The translations under genes were made by a program, and so were the position numbers. A DNA stretch of 37,500 nucleotides from a virus (taxonomy: Duplodnaviria; Caudoviricetes), in IMG/VR virus record IMGVR_UViG_3300038393_000710, positions 1 through 37,500 of that record. One strand, 5' to 3'. Every line of letters begins with the position of its first letter. The first letter of the stretch is position 1. Below the pieces are notes generated by a model. The model was not told the DNA's origin, did not search any database, and saw only the letters and a program-made list of their open reading frames with translations. Positions 18,945-26,941 of this stretch are shown here, in pieces.

Positions 18945-18985
18945 CACGGTTGCGGCCGTCGTAACCCCGCGAACCGCTCAGGGGG

Positions 18986-20200
18986 TCAGTGAATGCGGTA
19001 CTCGGCCCATTTGCCCGGCAGGCTGTCCCCGATGAGGAACGTTGTTGTACCGGGCCGTGAGTACATGCCAGCGGAGTCCAGCAGCCACTTGGAGCCGGGG
19101 TCCACGGTGGTTGCCTGGATGCGCGTGTAGGGGCCGTAGTCGGTGAGTGCGGCGTGATGCTTGTGCGCCGTGTGCCACACGTCCGGGATGTACCGGTGAA
19201 CGCGGGTGAGGTACTGGGACTGTTTGGCGAGCCAGTCTTCCTCTTTGCCGCTGATCTTGTGCCCGTGCGACAGGGGCATGTTGACGCCGGCCGCTGTGAC
19301 GCGGGTAATCATCTCGTCGCGGGGGACGATCCACTCGATGCCGTTGAGGGCTTCGTGGTGTGCGCAGATGGCTTTGAGGGTGTCGCCTATGAGGCCGGTT
19401 GCGTTGTCGGCGTCGTCGGTAACGTTGTCCCTGCCCTGGCCGCGGCTGAGTTGGCCGTGGTTGCAGAGCGCGGCGGCATAGGTGACCTTCTGGAACATGG
19501 GTGCGAGTGCCTTGATCCAAGCCATGTTGAGCTCGATCGCCAGGGTGAGCTGGTCCCGCATGTTGAGGTCAACGGTGTGCGTCTGGCTGGCGTAGGAGCC
19601 GGCGACGTTCTCGGTGTGGTCGCCCATGTTGGCGAGGATCAGGTGGTCAACGCCACGGAGCTTGTCAGCGTATGCAACGATGGACGCCAGCGATTCCTCG
19701 AGGCGCTTCACGGTGCCTTTGGTGCCGTCGCCTTCGCCCTTGCCGAGCTGCCAGTCAGCCATGGATACAACTAATGCGGCCGGCTGGTCGCTTTTGTTGT
19801 TTGACTTCTGGGCTGGCTTCCAGTCTCGGATGCCGCCGATGAGCTGGCCGAGGTCGAGCCCGTTGACGGTCTTGCGTCGGAAGCTGGCCCGGTAGGAGTA
19901 GAGGTTTTGGACGTCGCGGTCGCCGTTGTCGGTGCGCTTGGATGTCTGCCAGGTTGAGCAGCGTACTGTGTCGCCGACGATCTCGAACGCTTCGGGGTCG
20001 AGGTTGAACCGCTTGAACACGTCGGTCCAGTCGGTGACGGGTGCGACGGTCTGAACGTCAACGAATTCGCCGCCGTCGCGCCCAACGTCGGCTTTCCCGG
20101 TCAGCGTCGGAACGTCGGGCGTGTCAGTGTCTTTTGCCCGGTGCCTGTAGCGGCATTTCCCGGTGAGTGGGTCGATCGGGTGACTGTGACGGCAGCGCAA
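18986..20200 (-). CDS. Calcineurin-like metallophosphoesterase (Mre11-like family of actinophages)
   Basis: ADWQLG, GDHTE, CNHG, SHGH, AHKHH motifs; start TTG 20200 inferred from a GGGGGA RBS. Confidence 0.8.
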   Translation of the reverse strand: MRCRHSHPIDPLTGKCRYRHRAKDTDTPDVPTLTGKADVGRDGGEFVDVQTVAPVTDWTDVFKRFNLDPEAFEIVGDTVRCSTWQTSKRTDNGDRDVQNLYSYRASFRRKTVNGLDLGQLIGGIRDWKPAQKSNNKSDQPAALVVSMADWQLGKGEGDGTKGTVKRLEESLASIVAYADKLRGVDHLILANMGDHTENVAGSYASQTHTVDLNMRDQLTLAIELNMAWIKALAPMFQKVTYAAALCNHGQLSRGQGRDNVTDDADNATGLIGDTLKAICAHHEALNGIEWIVPRDEMITRVTAAGVNMPLSHGHKISGKEEDWLAKQSQYLTRVHRYIPDVWHTAHKHHAALTDYGPYTRIQATTVDPGSKWLLDSAGMYSRPGTTTFLIGDSLPGKWAEYRIH

Positions 20201-20399
20201 GAATGGTTCCCCCTGTTTGTCCCCCGGTGAAGTTCGCGTCAAGGTTGGGCTTCCGCGCTAGACGCTTTGGCGGTGTTGTACTCCCGTGGGCTGCGGCCTT
20301 GGCGGGCACGACTTCCACAGGGACGAAAGGGGCCGGGATGGCGCATGGAAAGCTCCCGGCTTGACTCAGTAAGGCCGCCTAAAAGCGGTCCCGTGCGCT

Positions 20400-20475
20400 T
20401 GGTTGCTCGGGGCGGATTCGAACCGCCAATCTCAAGGGTTATGAGCCCTGCGGGTTACCGTTCCCCTACCGAGCA
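20400..20475 (-). tRNA. tRNA-Met (CAT), initiator-like, with encoded CCA
   Basis: TGCTCGG/CCGAGCA acceptor stem, GGG-CTCATAA-CCC anticodon arm, GGCGG-TTCGAAT-CCGCC T arm, ACCA end. Confidence 0.9.
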
Positions 20476-20678
20476 ATGCGCTCGCCTAGACCCTTTATGG
20501 TCAGTCGTCCCTAGGATGACTTGTCGGCGAGGCGGTGCGTCTCTTTGGACGGGTAGAGATGCAATGACACCCACGAGCCGTCTCACGACGGTTCACCATC
20601 CGGCATTTTCATACCGGAAGTTCCTTGGATGTCCCGCCGCCCGGAGCAGGGGGAGGCTCAACGGGCGGCGGGGCACAT

Positions 20679-20714
20679 AAGAAAGGCCCCGACCGCTAGG
20701 GTTCGGAGCCTTTT
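20679..20714 (-). terminator. Rho-independent terminator after the HTH gene
   Basis: Minus strand AAAAGGCTCCGAACC-CTAGC-GGTCGGGGCCTTTCTT. Confidence 0.7.
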
Positions 20715-20744
20715 GGGGACGCTTAACACGCCCTGTGTGTGAGC

Positions 20745-21359
20745 TTACCCCACTCGTTTAATGGCCGTCAAGCGTTCGGCGTGTTCATATGCGGCGAGTA
20801 CGTCATTCAGGTGGAATCGGTACACGCCGTCATCCCCCATGATCGCGTCGAGCCGTCGGCGGTCTTTCCAGTTGCGGATCTGATTCGCGGTGAACTTGGT
20901 CCCGGTCTTCTCCACGAGATACGCCGCGCATTCCCTCGCTGTCATCGGCTCTGTTTGGCCGGCGAGGTCTTCCCGCATTTCCTCGCGTGTCTTGTCTGGC
21001 TTTACCTCTTCGGGGCCGAGCACTAGGACTTCCGCGAAGTTGACCGCCCGGATGATGTTCTCCGCAATGGTCGCGGCTTCGGGGTCCCTGGCGTGTGCCT
21101 TGGCATCGAGCGTGATGGCTGACAGGTACCAGCGGACTTCGAAGGCATCGATGTTGATGGGTGCTTTCGATCCGGCTTTGTTACCGCCTCCTCCGCCGCC
21201 GCCGATGGGGGTTACCTTGTCCAGCTTTGCGACTGTGATGTGTAGGTCCTGGACGAGTGAGGGGATCTTCTCGAGCCACGCCTGTAGATCCTCAACACAC
21301 CGCGTGCACAGGTACTCACTTGTCTGGTTAGCGCAGTCCGCCGTCGTGCACTCGCTCAT
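20745..21359 (-). CDS. Zn-finger plus C-terminal HTH DNA-binding protein (possible late regulator)
   Basis: CTTADC..LCTRC; MTARECAAYL..FTANQIRNWKDR..YRFHLNDV; last early gene. Confidence 0.7.
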   Translation of the reverse strand: MSECTTADCANQTSEYLCTRCVEDLQAWLEKIPSLVQDLHITVAKLDKVTPIGGGGGGGNKAGSKAPINIDAFEVRWYLSAITLDAKAHARDPEAATIAENIIRAVNFAEVLVLGPEEVKPDKTREEMREDLAGQTEPMTARECAAYLVEKTGTKFTANQIRNWKDRRRLDAIMGDDGVYRFHLNDVLAAYEHAERLTAIKRVG

Positions 21360-21700
21360 TCGGTCTCCTTCGGCGTGTTGTGTGGGTTCCATTGGCCCCA
21401 CCAGCGTGGTGTGAGTTGGTTGACGACGCGGTACTCGATGCCTTGGCGTGTGACGGTTGCGAGGATTGGTTTCGCCCTCGCTGCGGCGGCGAGCTTGACG
21501 AACCTGATGCGGTCAGCGGGGCCGAGGCTCTTCTTGTCGGTTCCGACCTGTACGAGGATCAGGCCGATATCCGCCCGTGCCATGGCGAGATCCGCGGCGC
21601 CTTTCGACCCGGCCGAGCGCATGACGAGCTCGAACCCGTGGGCGATGAGCTGATCCCGGACCTTGTACTCACGCGCCCGCCCTGATGTTGCGGTGCTCAT
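21356..21700 (-). CDS. Holliday junction resolvase (Hjc-like PD-(D/E)XK)
   Basis: GRAREYKVRDQL..G, RSAGSKGAADL, LVQV motifs. Confidence 0.75.
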   Translation of the reverse strand: MSTATSGRAREYKVRDQLIAHGFELVMRSAGSKGAADLAMARADIGLILVQVGTDKKSLGPADRIRFVKLAAAARAKPILATVTRQGIEYRVVNQLTPRWWGQWNPHNTPKETE

Positions 21701-21780
21701 TCGTCCTCCTCCCCCATGACAGTGTCGATGGCCCGTTGGATGTCGGCCCATGTGAGTTCGTCGTCCCGCTCGGTGGTCAC
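21697..21780 (-). CDS. 27-aa hypothetical protein
   Basis: MTTERDDELTWADIQRAIDTVMGEEDE; 4-nt overlaps on both sides. Confidence 0.55.
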   Translation of the reverse strand: MTTERDDELTWADIQRAIDTVMGEEDE

Positions 21781-22310
21781 GCGATCACCTCGAGCTCGTC
21801 GGTGTAGAACCCGTAGCGGCCGGGGTGTCCGTCAAGGCTGACAATCCAGTCGGTTGGCTCGTCGGACGACGGTCTGGCAATGGTTCCTTTATTGCCGACC
21901 TTGCTGATGACGAACGCGCCCATTTGCGCACCTTTCTTGATCCGCACTCTCGCTCCGACGCGCAACCCGTCGTGAGCGGCGTTCTGTGGGGGTTCTGCGG
22001 GCCTCGTAGCTGGTTCGGGGGTGAGAGTGCCACCCGTTGCGATCTCGGCGCCCAGAGCGATGTAACCGGCCGCGTCCTGCCAGGAGTCCTCGTGGGCGGG
22101 TGACGTGATGAGCCGAGCCACCTTGAGCTGGGTCAGGATCAGGGCAACCTCGTGCGCGTCCAACCGTGCGCCGGGCTGGAGTTTCGCGGCGAGGACGGGC
22201 GTGCACAGGTCAGCGATGCGCTGGAAATTCTCGGCGGCGTCCCCGTAATCGCAGGCACGGTCGCCGTTGATCAGGGCCTCAGCATTGCGAAGCGTATCGG
22301 TGCGGTTCAT
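21777..22310 (-). CDS. DUF6378-like protein with C-terminal SH3-like domain
   Basis: GDRACDYGDAAENFQRIA, LKVARL, DSWQDAAGY motifs. Confidence 0.75.
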   Translation of the reverse strand: MNRTDTLRNAEALINGDRACDYGDAAENFQRIADLCTPVLAAKLQPGARLDAHEVALILTQLKVARLITSPAHEDSWQDAAGYIALGAEIATGGTLTPEPATRPAEPPQNAAHDGLRVGARVRIKKGAQMGAFVISKVGNKGTIARPSSDEPTDWIVSLDGHPGRYGFYTDELEVIA

Positions 22311-22624
22311 GGCTTCTCCTTGGTCTGGTCGAGGCGGGCACTGAGCCAGCGGTGTGCGTGGTGCGCGTGTTCGTTGTCGGCATCGGCGGCTGCCTCTTCG
22401 GGTGTGTCGATGCCTGCCTCCATGCCCCTGCGCCACGCCTCGCGGATCTCCTCACGTGCCTGAGCCGCGAGCTGTTCGAGGTGGGCGCGCTCGATGGCGG
22501 GCAGGGCAGCGGACAGGGCAGCGGACAGGGCGGCGCGGGCTGCGTCGGGCACGTACTTGCCGAGCGCGACGTACGGCTCGATTGCCTCAGTGACCGCTTC
22601 CACGGCCTCGTCTGGGATGTTCAT
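22307..22624 (-). CDS. Hypothetical protein (MNIPDEAVEA)
   Basis: ATGA overlaps on both sides. Confidence 0.7.
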   Translation of the reverse strand: MNIPDEAVEAVTEAIEPYVALGKYVPDAARAALSAALSAALPAIERAHLEQLAAQAREEIREAWRRGMEAGIDTPEEAAADADNEHAHHAHRWLSARLDQTKEKP

Positions 22625-22881
22625 GCCGCGTCCTTTCCGCAGTAGCGCTCGAGGTAGCCGGGGTGGAAGCCGGCCCAGTGGAGGTCGGTTTCGGGGTCGC
22701 CGGTCGAGACGACAGTCACGGGGGTTGCGGTGTAACCGAGCGCCCGGATCGCTTCGGCGTCCTGGGGTGACTGGGTGATGTCCACCGTCTCGTAACTGAT
22801 GCCGCGCTTGTCGAGCCAGCGCTTCACGGCACGGCACGGCTGACACGACGGCTGGGTAAACACACGGATCGTCTTGCTCAT
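22621..22881 (-). CDS. nrdH: NrdH-like glutaredoxin
   Basis: VFTQPSCQPC, TPVT, WAGFHP motifs. Confidence 0.88.
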   Translation of the reverse strand: MSKTIRVFTQPSCQPCRAVKRWLDKRGISYETVDITQSPQDAEAIRALGYTATPVTVVSTGDPETDLHWAGFHPGYLERYCGKDAA

Positions 22882-23105
22882 TTGCTCTCCTCGATGAGTC
22901 GGTAGCCGCGGGAGCCGGGCTTCATGCGGCTGACCTTGATGGCCCGGCGCGCGCCGATGTGCTGTGGCTGGCGGTGGGTTTCGACTACGCAGATGGCGGT
23001 GGGGTTCATAACGTCGCCGCCGACGCTCACGACCCGGAGTGTGCGGCCCATGCCATCGCGTGGGTCCATGTCTTCCCAGAGCTGTCCGGGCTTTACGTGG
23101 CTCAT
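22878..23105 (-). CDS. Hypothetical protein (VKPGQLWEDMDPR)
   Basis: ATGA overlaps; GGAG RBS. Confidence 0.7.
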   Translation of the reverse strand: MSHVKPGQLWEDMDPRDGMGRTLRVVSVGGDVMNPTAICVVETHRQPQHIGARRAIKVSRMKPGSRGYRLIEESK

Positions 23106-23581
23106 TTGCTCTCCTGAATGACTGAGGCCGCCCCGGTTGGGACGGCCTGACGTTGTGGGTGGATTCCGTTGTGGACGGGTGCGGTGCGTTTGCCCCGGTT
23201 CGTGCATGGTTCGAGCTCGCGTGCGCCGCACCACGGGCACGGCCACGGTGGTGCCTGGGTGGTGGTGCGTTGGATGCCGGCGCGTTCCCAGAACCAGTCG
23301 GGTACGCCGCCTGACCTTGGGGCCGGGAGCGCGTACAGGGCGCGTGTCCGGGCTTCTTCTAGCTCGGTGTCACGCCGGACGACTTTGGCGAGGTCGTTGA
23401 TGTGCGCCGGGAGCAGGTATTCACGGCTGGTGGCGCGGTGCTTGTCGAGTGCGGCCAGTGCTGTGCGGTAGTCGAGGTGCCCGATCGCCTCATGCCATGC
23501 CGCGACGATCTGAGCGTCAACGTTGCGGTTATCGATCAGCGCTGCCTTGCCAAGCAATTGCGCGGTCTCCCTGATCTCCAA
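23102..23581 (-). CDS. Helicase loader/inhibitor-like protein with C-terminal Zn finger
   Basis: IDNR..AWHEAI..PAHI; CPWCGA..C..H; directly after the initiator. Confidence 0.6.
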   Translation of the reverse strand: MEIRETAQLLGKAALIDNRNVDAQIVAAWHEAIGHLDYRTALAALDKHRATSREYLLPAHINDLAKVVRRDTELEEARTRALYALPAPRSGGVPDWFWERAGIQRTTTQAPPWPCPWCGARELEPCTNRGKRTAPVHNGIHPQRQAVPTGAASVIQESK

Positions 23582-24380
23582 GGCCCATCATCCTTTCGAG
23601 TTCTAGCCCTGCCTGGACGGCCTGCTGTGCCCGTGCCGACCCGGTTGCCATCTGCTGGGGCTGTCGGGTGCGGGGTGTGTCTTCGGCGGCTTTGCGGATC
23701 CAGTTGCGATACGTGGCGTCCCAGTCGGCCTTGCGTCCCTTGGCCCCTGCCTGTGCGGCCCAGTAGTCCTTGAAGCGGACGAATTGCGCCCACTGGTCAA
23801 CGCCGGGGCATTCGGCATCCATGGCGTCTCGGAGCGCCTGGGTCGGTTCCCAGTCGTCGGGGAGTCTGTGCCCGGTTGCCTTCGTCGTTTTGGCCGCAGC
23901 TTGCTGCGTGCCTTCAAAAGAAGCTTTAGCTTCTTGGGTCGGGTCGGGATGGGTCGGGTCGGGGTTACGAACACTTTCCGAACGGTTCGTGCGCGTTCGT
24001 CCGAACACACCCTCAGAATCCCCGGAATCCTGCGGTTTTGGCTGCTTGCGTCTTGCCCGCAACTCCCGCATACGTTCACGACTCGCGGCCCGTTCGGCGT
24101 CTACGTCTTCCTTACGTGGCTGGTACTCGGCCCAGTTACGGAAGAGATAACCGTCGGATGCGCGCTCCCAAAGTTCCGCATCGACCAGTGCGCCGGGTGC
24201 TGCTGGTGGCACACCCCACTCATCGACCATGTAGTCCGGGACGTGCCCGTCGGTGAGCTGCTGGGCGCACCACGACCCGGCAACGGCCCAGAGTCCTGCG
24301 GCGGCCCACCTGTGCCGCTTCGGTATCCTGAGCAGCTTCCGTGACGAGTGGAACCCGTCGTCCACCTTGAACCAGGCCAC
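23529..24380 (-). CDS. RepA-like replication initiator
   Basis: MAWFKVDDGF, TDGHVP, WAEYQP, PDPTHPDP, C-terminal FKDYW..K.DWDATYRNW. Confidence 0.85.
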   Translation of the reverse strand: MAWFKVDDGFHSSRKLLRIPKRHRWAAAGLWAVAGSWCAQQLTDGHVPDYMVDEWGVPPAAPGALVDAELWERASDGYLFRNWAEYQPRKEDVDAERAASRERMRELRARRKQPKPQDSGDSEGVFGRTRTNRSESVRNPDPTHPDPTQEAKASFEGTQQAAAKTTKATGHRLPDDWEPTQALRDAMDAECPGVDQWAQFVRFKDYWAAQAGAKGRKADWDATYRNWIRKAAEDTPRTRQPQQMATGSARAQQAVQAGLELERMMGLGDQGDRAIAWQGSADR

Positions 24381-24383
24381 GTC

Positions 24384-24590
24384 TCAGCCCCCTTTCCTCT
24401 TTCGTTTTTTGCGTTGTGCGTTGACTCTGCCGACCGCTTGTTCCCCTACGGGATCGCGGTGTGGGGGTCCGCCGTGTTGGTCCTGTTCGCGGGCGATGGC
24501 GGCCTGTTCTAGGTGGCACCAGCAGTCGCGGTCACGGCACACGCTGAGATGGGTCTTGCACTGGACACAGCAGATTGCGAGTGCCTTCAT
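24384..24590 (-). CDS. Cys-rich 68-aa hypothetical protein
   Basis: CCVQC..C....CWCH; ATGA overlap. Confidence 0.65.
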   Translation of the reverse strand: MKALAICCVQCKTHLSVCRDRDCWCHLEQAAIAREQDQHGGPPHRDPVGEQAVGRVNAQRKKRKRKGG

Positions 24591-24745
24591 GCGCTGTCCT
24601 CGCACCGGTAGTCGTGCTTGTCGTCTTCGCAGCCTGGGCAGTTTTCGTCGGTTTCGATGTATTCGAATCCGTGGCGGTGGCAGACGATCGGGGCGCGGTC
24701 TGGTTCTTCGAGCCAGCGGGCTTCGGCGGCTCCAAACGCGCTCAC
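24587..24745 (-). CDS. 52-aa Cys/His microprotein
   Basis: MSAFGAAEARWLEEPDRAPIVCHRHGFEYIETDENCPGCEDDKHDYRCEDSA; 4-nt overlaps. Confidence 0.65.
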   Translation of the reverse strand: MSAFGAAEARWLEEPDRAPIVCHRHGFEYIETDENCPGCEDDKHDYRCEDSA

Positions 24746-24849
24746 TTCCTGGCCTCCTTGGGCTGGTCGAGGCAGTCGTCACAGAACCCCGAGCGTGTGG
24801 TGTGGCCGCATCCGGGGCATTGCTTGGTGGGCTGGGCGGTGTTGGTCAC
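24742..24849 (-). CDS. 35-aa CxxC-CxxC microprotein
   Basis: MTNTAQPTKQCPGCGHTTRSGFCDDCLDQPKEARK; 4-nt overlaps. Confidence 0.65.
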   Translation of the reverse strand: MTNTAQPTKQCPGCGHTTRSGFCDDCLDQPKEARK

Positions 24850-24959
24850 AGGTCGGCCTCGGCTTCCTTCTCGATGGAGTCGCAGCAGTCACACATGGAA
24901 CCTTCGCGGCGGCACGGTTCGGTGTCGTGGATGGCGCCGCAGTCAGGACAGGTGGTCAT
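24846..24959 (-). CDS. 37-aa Cys-rich microprotein
   Basis: MTTCPDCGAIHDTEPCRREGSMCDCCDSIEKEAEADL; 4-nt overlaps. Confidence 0.65.
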   Translation of the reverse strand: MTTCPDCGAIHDTEPCRREGSMCDCCDSIEKEAEADL

Positions 24960-25471
24960 ATCGCTTCCTTCATGTCGATGGTCAGCGTCGGCTCAGCGAT
25001 GGCGAGTGCCATGCCTCCGGTGCCGGGGAAGAAGTCGTGCATGGTGTCGCCGTTCTGGTAGCCGATGAGGTCGAGCACCCATGCGTTGAACTTGTGCGGC
25101 TTGGCTCCGGTGAAGCCCTTCCGCATGGTGATCGGTTCGGCTAGGTGGTCGCGGCCGATTGGGTCGCCTTCACGCCGGGGGAGTGCTCGGCGGAAGATGA
25201 CGGGCTCCCAGGTGTAGGCGATGGGCACGTTCCGCTTGAACGCGGCGAACGGCTTGACCCATGAGGCGATCCGAACGCCTTCGGGTAGGTGCGGGGCGAG
25301 CCAGCGCAGGTCTCCGCTGTTGCAGGAGTACGCCCAGCCGTGGAAATCGGCGTCCATTGCGGCGATGAGGTCGAGGTGGTTCTGTTTCTCGTCCCACAGC
25401 GCGGAGTCTGGGTGGTCGTAGAAGTGCGAGCAGCCGAGATAGGGCGGGTCTGCGTAGGCGAATAGCCTCAC
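24956..25471 (-). CDS. Compact amino-DNA methyltransferase (N6A/N4C)
   Basis: YADPPY near the N-terminus, GAKP and DFFPGTGG near the C-terminus. Confidence 0.8.
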   Translation of the reverse strand: MRLFAYADPPYLGCSHFYDHPDSALWDEKQNHLDLIAAMDADFHGWAYSCNSGDLRWLAPHLPEGVRIASWVKPFAAFKRNVPIAYTWEPVIFRRALPRREGDPIGRDHLAEPITMRKGFTGAKPHKFNAWVLDLIGYQNGDTMHDFFPGTGGMALAIAEPTLTIDMKEAI

Positions 25472-25647
25472 AGGTCGCCTCCTGCTTCGGTGGGTTCGGG
25501 TTCGCCGAGTGCTGCGTCTGCGGCGGCGGTGAGTGCGTCCACGGCGGTTTTGGCGCGGCGAACCTCGCGGTAGTTGAAGGCGTCTTCGGGGATGGCGTGC
25601 ACGGCTGATGCGAGCACGGCCAGTTGCTTGATCTCTTCGGCGCTCAT
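25468..25647 (-). CDS. Hypothetical protein (MSAEEIKQLA)
   Basis: 4-nt overlaps, RBS. Confidence 0.65.
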   Translation of the reverse strand: MSAEEIKQLAVLASAVHAIPEDAFNYREVRRAKTAVDALTAAADAALGEPEPTEAGGDL

Positions 25648-25877
25648 GCGGCTTTCTCCTGTTGTGCGAGTCGTTGGCGGCGGCGTTCGATGTAGTTGTC
25701 TCGGCCGCGGCGGTTGTGGTCGATGCGTGCTTGTTCGGCGGGTGTGGGCTGCGGCAGGGTGTTGAGCGCGGCCCGGTATGATCTGTTCTTCTCGTTTTTG
25801 CAGGTGCGGCAGGTGCCGTCTTTGTAGGTGTTTTCCGGTGTGCGTTCGTGGCCGCGTTTGCAGTGGGTCGCGCTCAT
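25644..25877 (-). CDS. Hypothetical protein with THCKRGH..CRTC zinc motif
   Basis: Motif commonly appended to actinophage HNH proteins. Confidence 0.7.
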   Translation of the reverse strand: MSATHCKRGHERTPENTYKDGTCRTCKNEKNRSYRAALNTLPQPTPAEQARIDHNRRGRDNYIERRRQRLAQQEKAA

Positions 25878-26110
25878 GCGGCCACCTTGCTTGCGCGTTC
25901 GAGGATGGTGGCGTGGGGGTGGCGTATCCGGTACATGGTTCGGGCGGCTGAGGCGACGGTGGGCCAGCCTGCCCGGATGGCTGCTTCGTGGGGTGGGATG
26001 CCGGATGCGGTGAGCCATTCATAGTCTTCGATGCGGGCGGCCCGTGCGGCGCGGTAGTTCTCGGTTGCGGCGGCTCGTCCGCGGGCTGCGGCTTCGGGGC
26101 TGAGGTTCAC
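25874..26110 (-). CDS. Hypothetical HTH-like protein
   Basis: RIEDYEWL..G...EAAIRAGW; 4-nt overlaps. Confidence 0.6.
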   Translation of the reverse strand: MNLSPEAAARGRAAATENYRAARAARIEDYEWLTASGIPPHEAAIRAGWPTVASAARTMYRIRHPHATILERASKVAA

Positions 26111-26415
26111 GCTGCTTTCCTTTCCTTGAGCTTGGCGCGGTGTTTGGCGACGGCTTCGGCGTTGGCTAGGCGGCACTTGAAGCAGGCTTCTTCGCCGCGG
26201 CGGCGGTGTGCCTGATATCCGCCCTGGGTTCCACATGCTGGGGGTCGGCCGTTCGGTCCGCGGCGCGTCTTTGTTCCTCGGATGCGGGCCTTGTAGTCGG
26301 CGTGGGCGCATCGGCATTCGATGCATGTTGGGGTCTTGTCGGCGATGTGCTTGAAGTAGCCCTTGTTGGTTCCGCAGTGCATCCGTTGCTTGCCGCGGAA
26401 GACGTATCCGGCCAT
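26107..26415 (-). CDS. Protein with two CGTxxGYxxH..CxxC repeats
   Basis: Internal duplication visible in the translation; AAGGA RBS. Confidence 0.75.
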   Translation of the reverse strand: MAGYVFRGKQRMHCGTNKGYFKHIADKTPTCIECRCAHADYKARIRGTKTRRGPNGRPPACGTQGGYQAHRRRGEEACFKCRLANAEAVAKHRAKLKERKAA

Positions 26416-26435
26416 TGGGTGTCCTTTTAAAGCGG

Positions 26436-26466
26436 TGCGGGGCCTGCCGTGTTGGCAGGCCCCGCA
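26436..26466. terminator. Stem-loop after ssb
   Basis: TGCGGGGCCTGCC-GTGTT-GGCAGGCCCCGCA 13-bp perfect stem. Confidence 0.6.
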
Positions 26467-26488
26467 TGGGGTTGGTGGTACGGGTGGG

Positions 26489-26941
26489 CTAGAAGGCGGG
26501 CGCGGTGTCAGGCGTTGCCCAGGGGTCGTCCTGCTTGGCGGGCTGCTGAGTTGCGCCCCAGTAGTCGGGCGCGGGCTGCTGTGCGGGCGGCTGGGTGCGC
26601 TTGGCGTTGCTGTCGGCGCGGGGTTCGATGCCCACGTAATCCGCGATCACGTCCAAGCTCTGGCGCTTCTCCCCGTTGTGCTCGTACTCGCGGGTCTGGG
26701 CGCGGCCGGCGACGATGACGCGGAGCTTGGCGCCCTCGGTGATCGTGTCGGCCAGGGTCTCGGCCTGCTTGCCGAACACGGTGACAGCCCACCATGTGGT
26801 GCCGGTGTCCTGCCACTGGTTGTTCTGGTCGAAGCGGCCGTGTCCTTCGGCGGCGCTGAACTGGAAGCGTGGCTTGCCGTCGTTGCTGTACTTGAGGCCG
26901 TGGACCTTGCCGACGTTTCCCTTGAATGCGACTGTGCTCAT
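26489..26941 (-). CDS. ssb: Single-stranded DNA-binding protein
   Basis: OB-fold GNVG..TTWWAVTVFGKQAE..GRAQTREYE; acidic tail DDPW..PAF. Confidence 0.92.
   Translation of the reverse strand: MSTVAFKGNVGKVHGLKYSNDGKPRFQFSAAEGHGRFDQNNQWQDTGTTWWAVTVFGKQAETLADTITEGAKLRVIVAGRAQTREYEHNGEKRQSLDVIADYVGIEPRADSNAKRTQPPAQQPAPDYWGATQQPAKQDDPWATPDTAPAF

Noticed and set aside
20240-20560. Hammerhead or HDV-like (theta) ribozyme next to the tRNA
   Set aside because: I could not find the CUGANGA/GAAA core or a convincing HDV nested pseudoknot by eye; kept only as a generic structured region
22500-22535. 12-bp tandem repeat (CAGGGCAGCGGA)
   Set aside because: In-frame ALSA duplication inside a coding gene; likely slippage with no evident function
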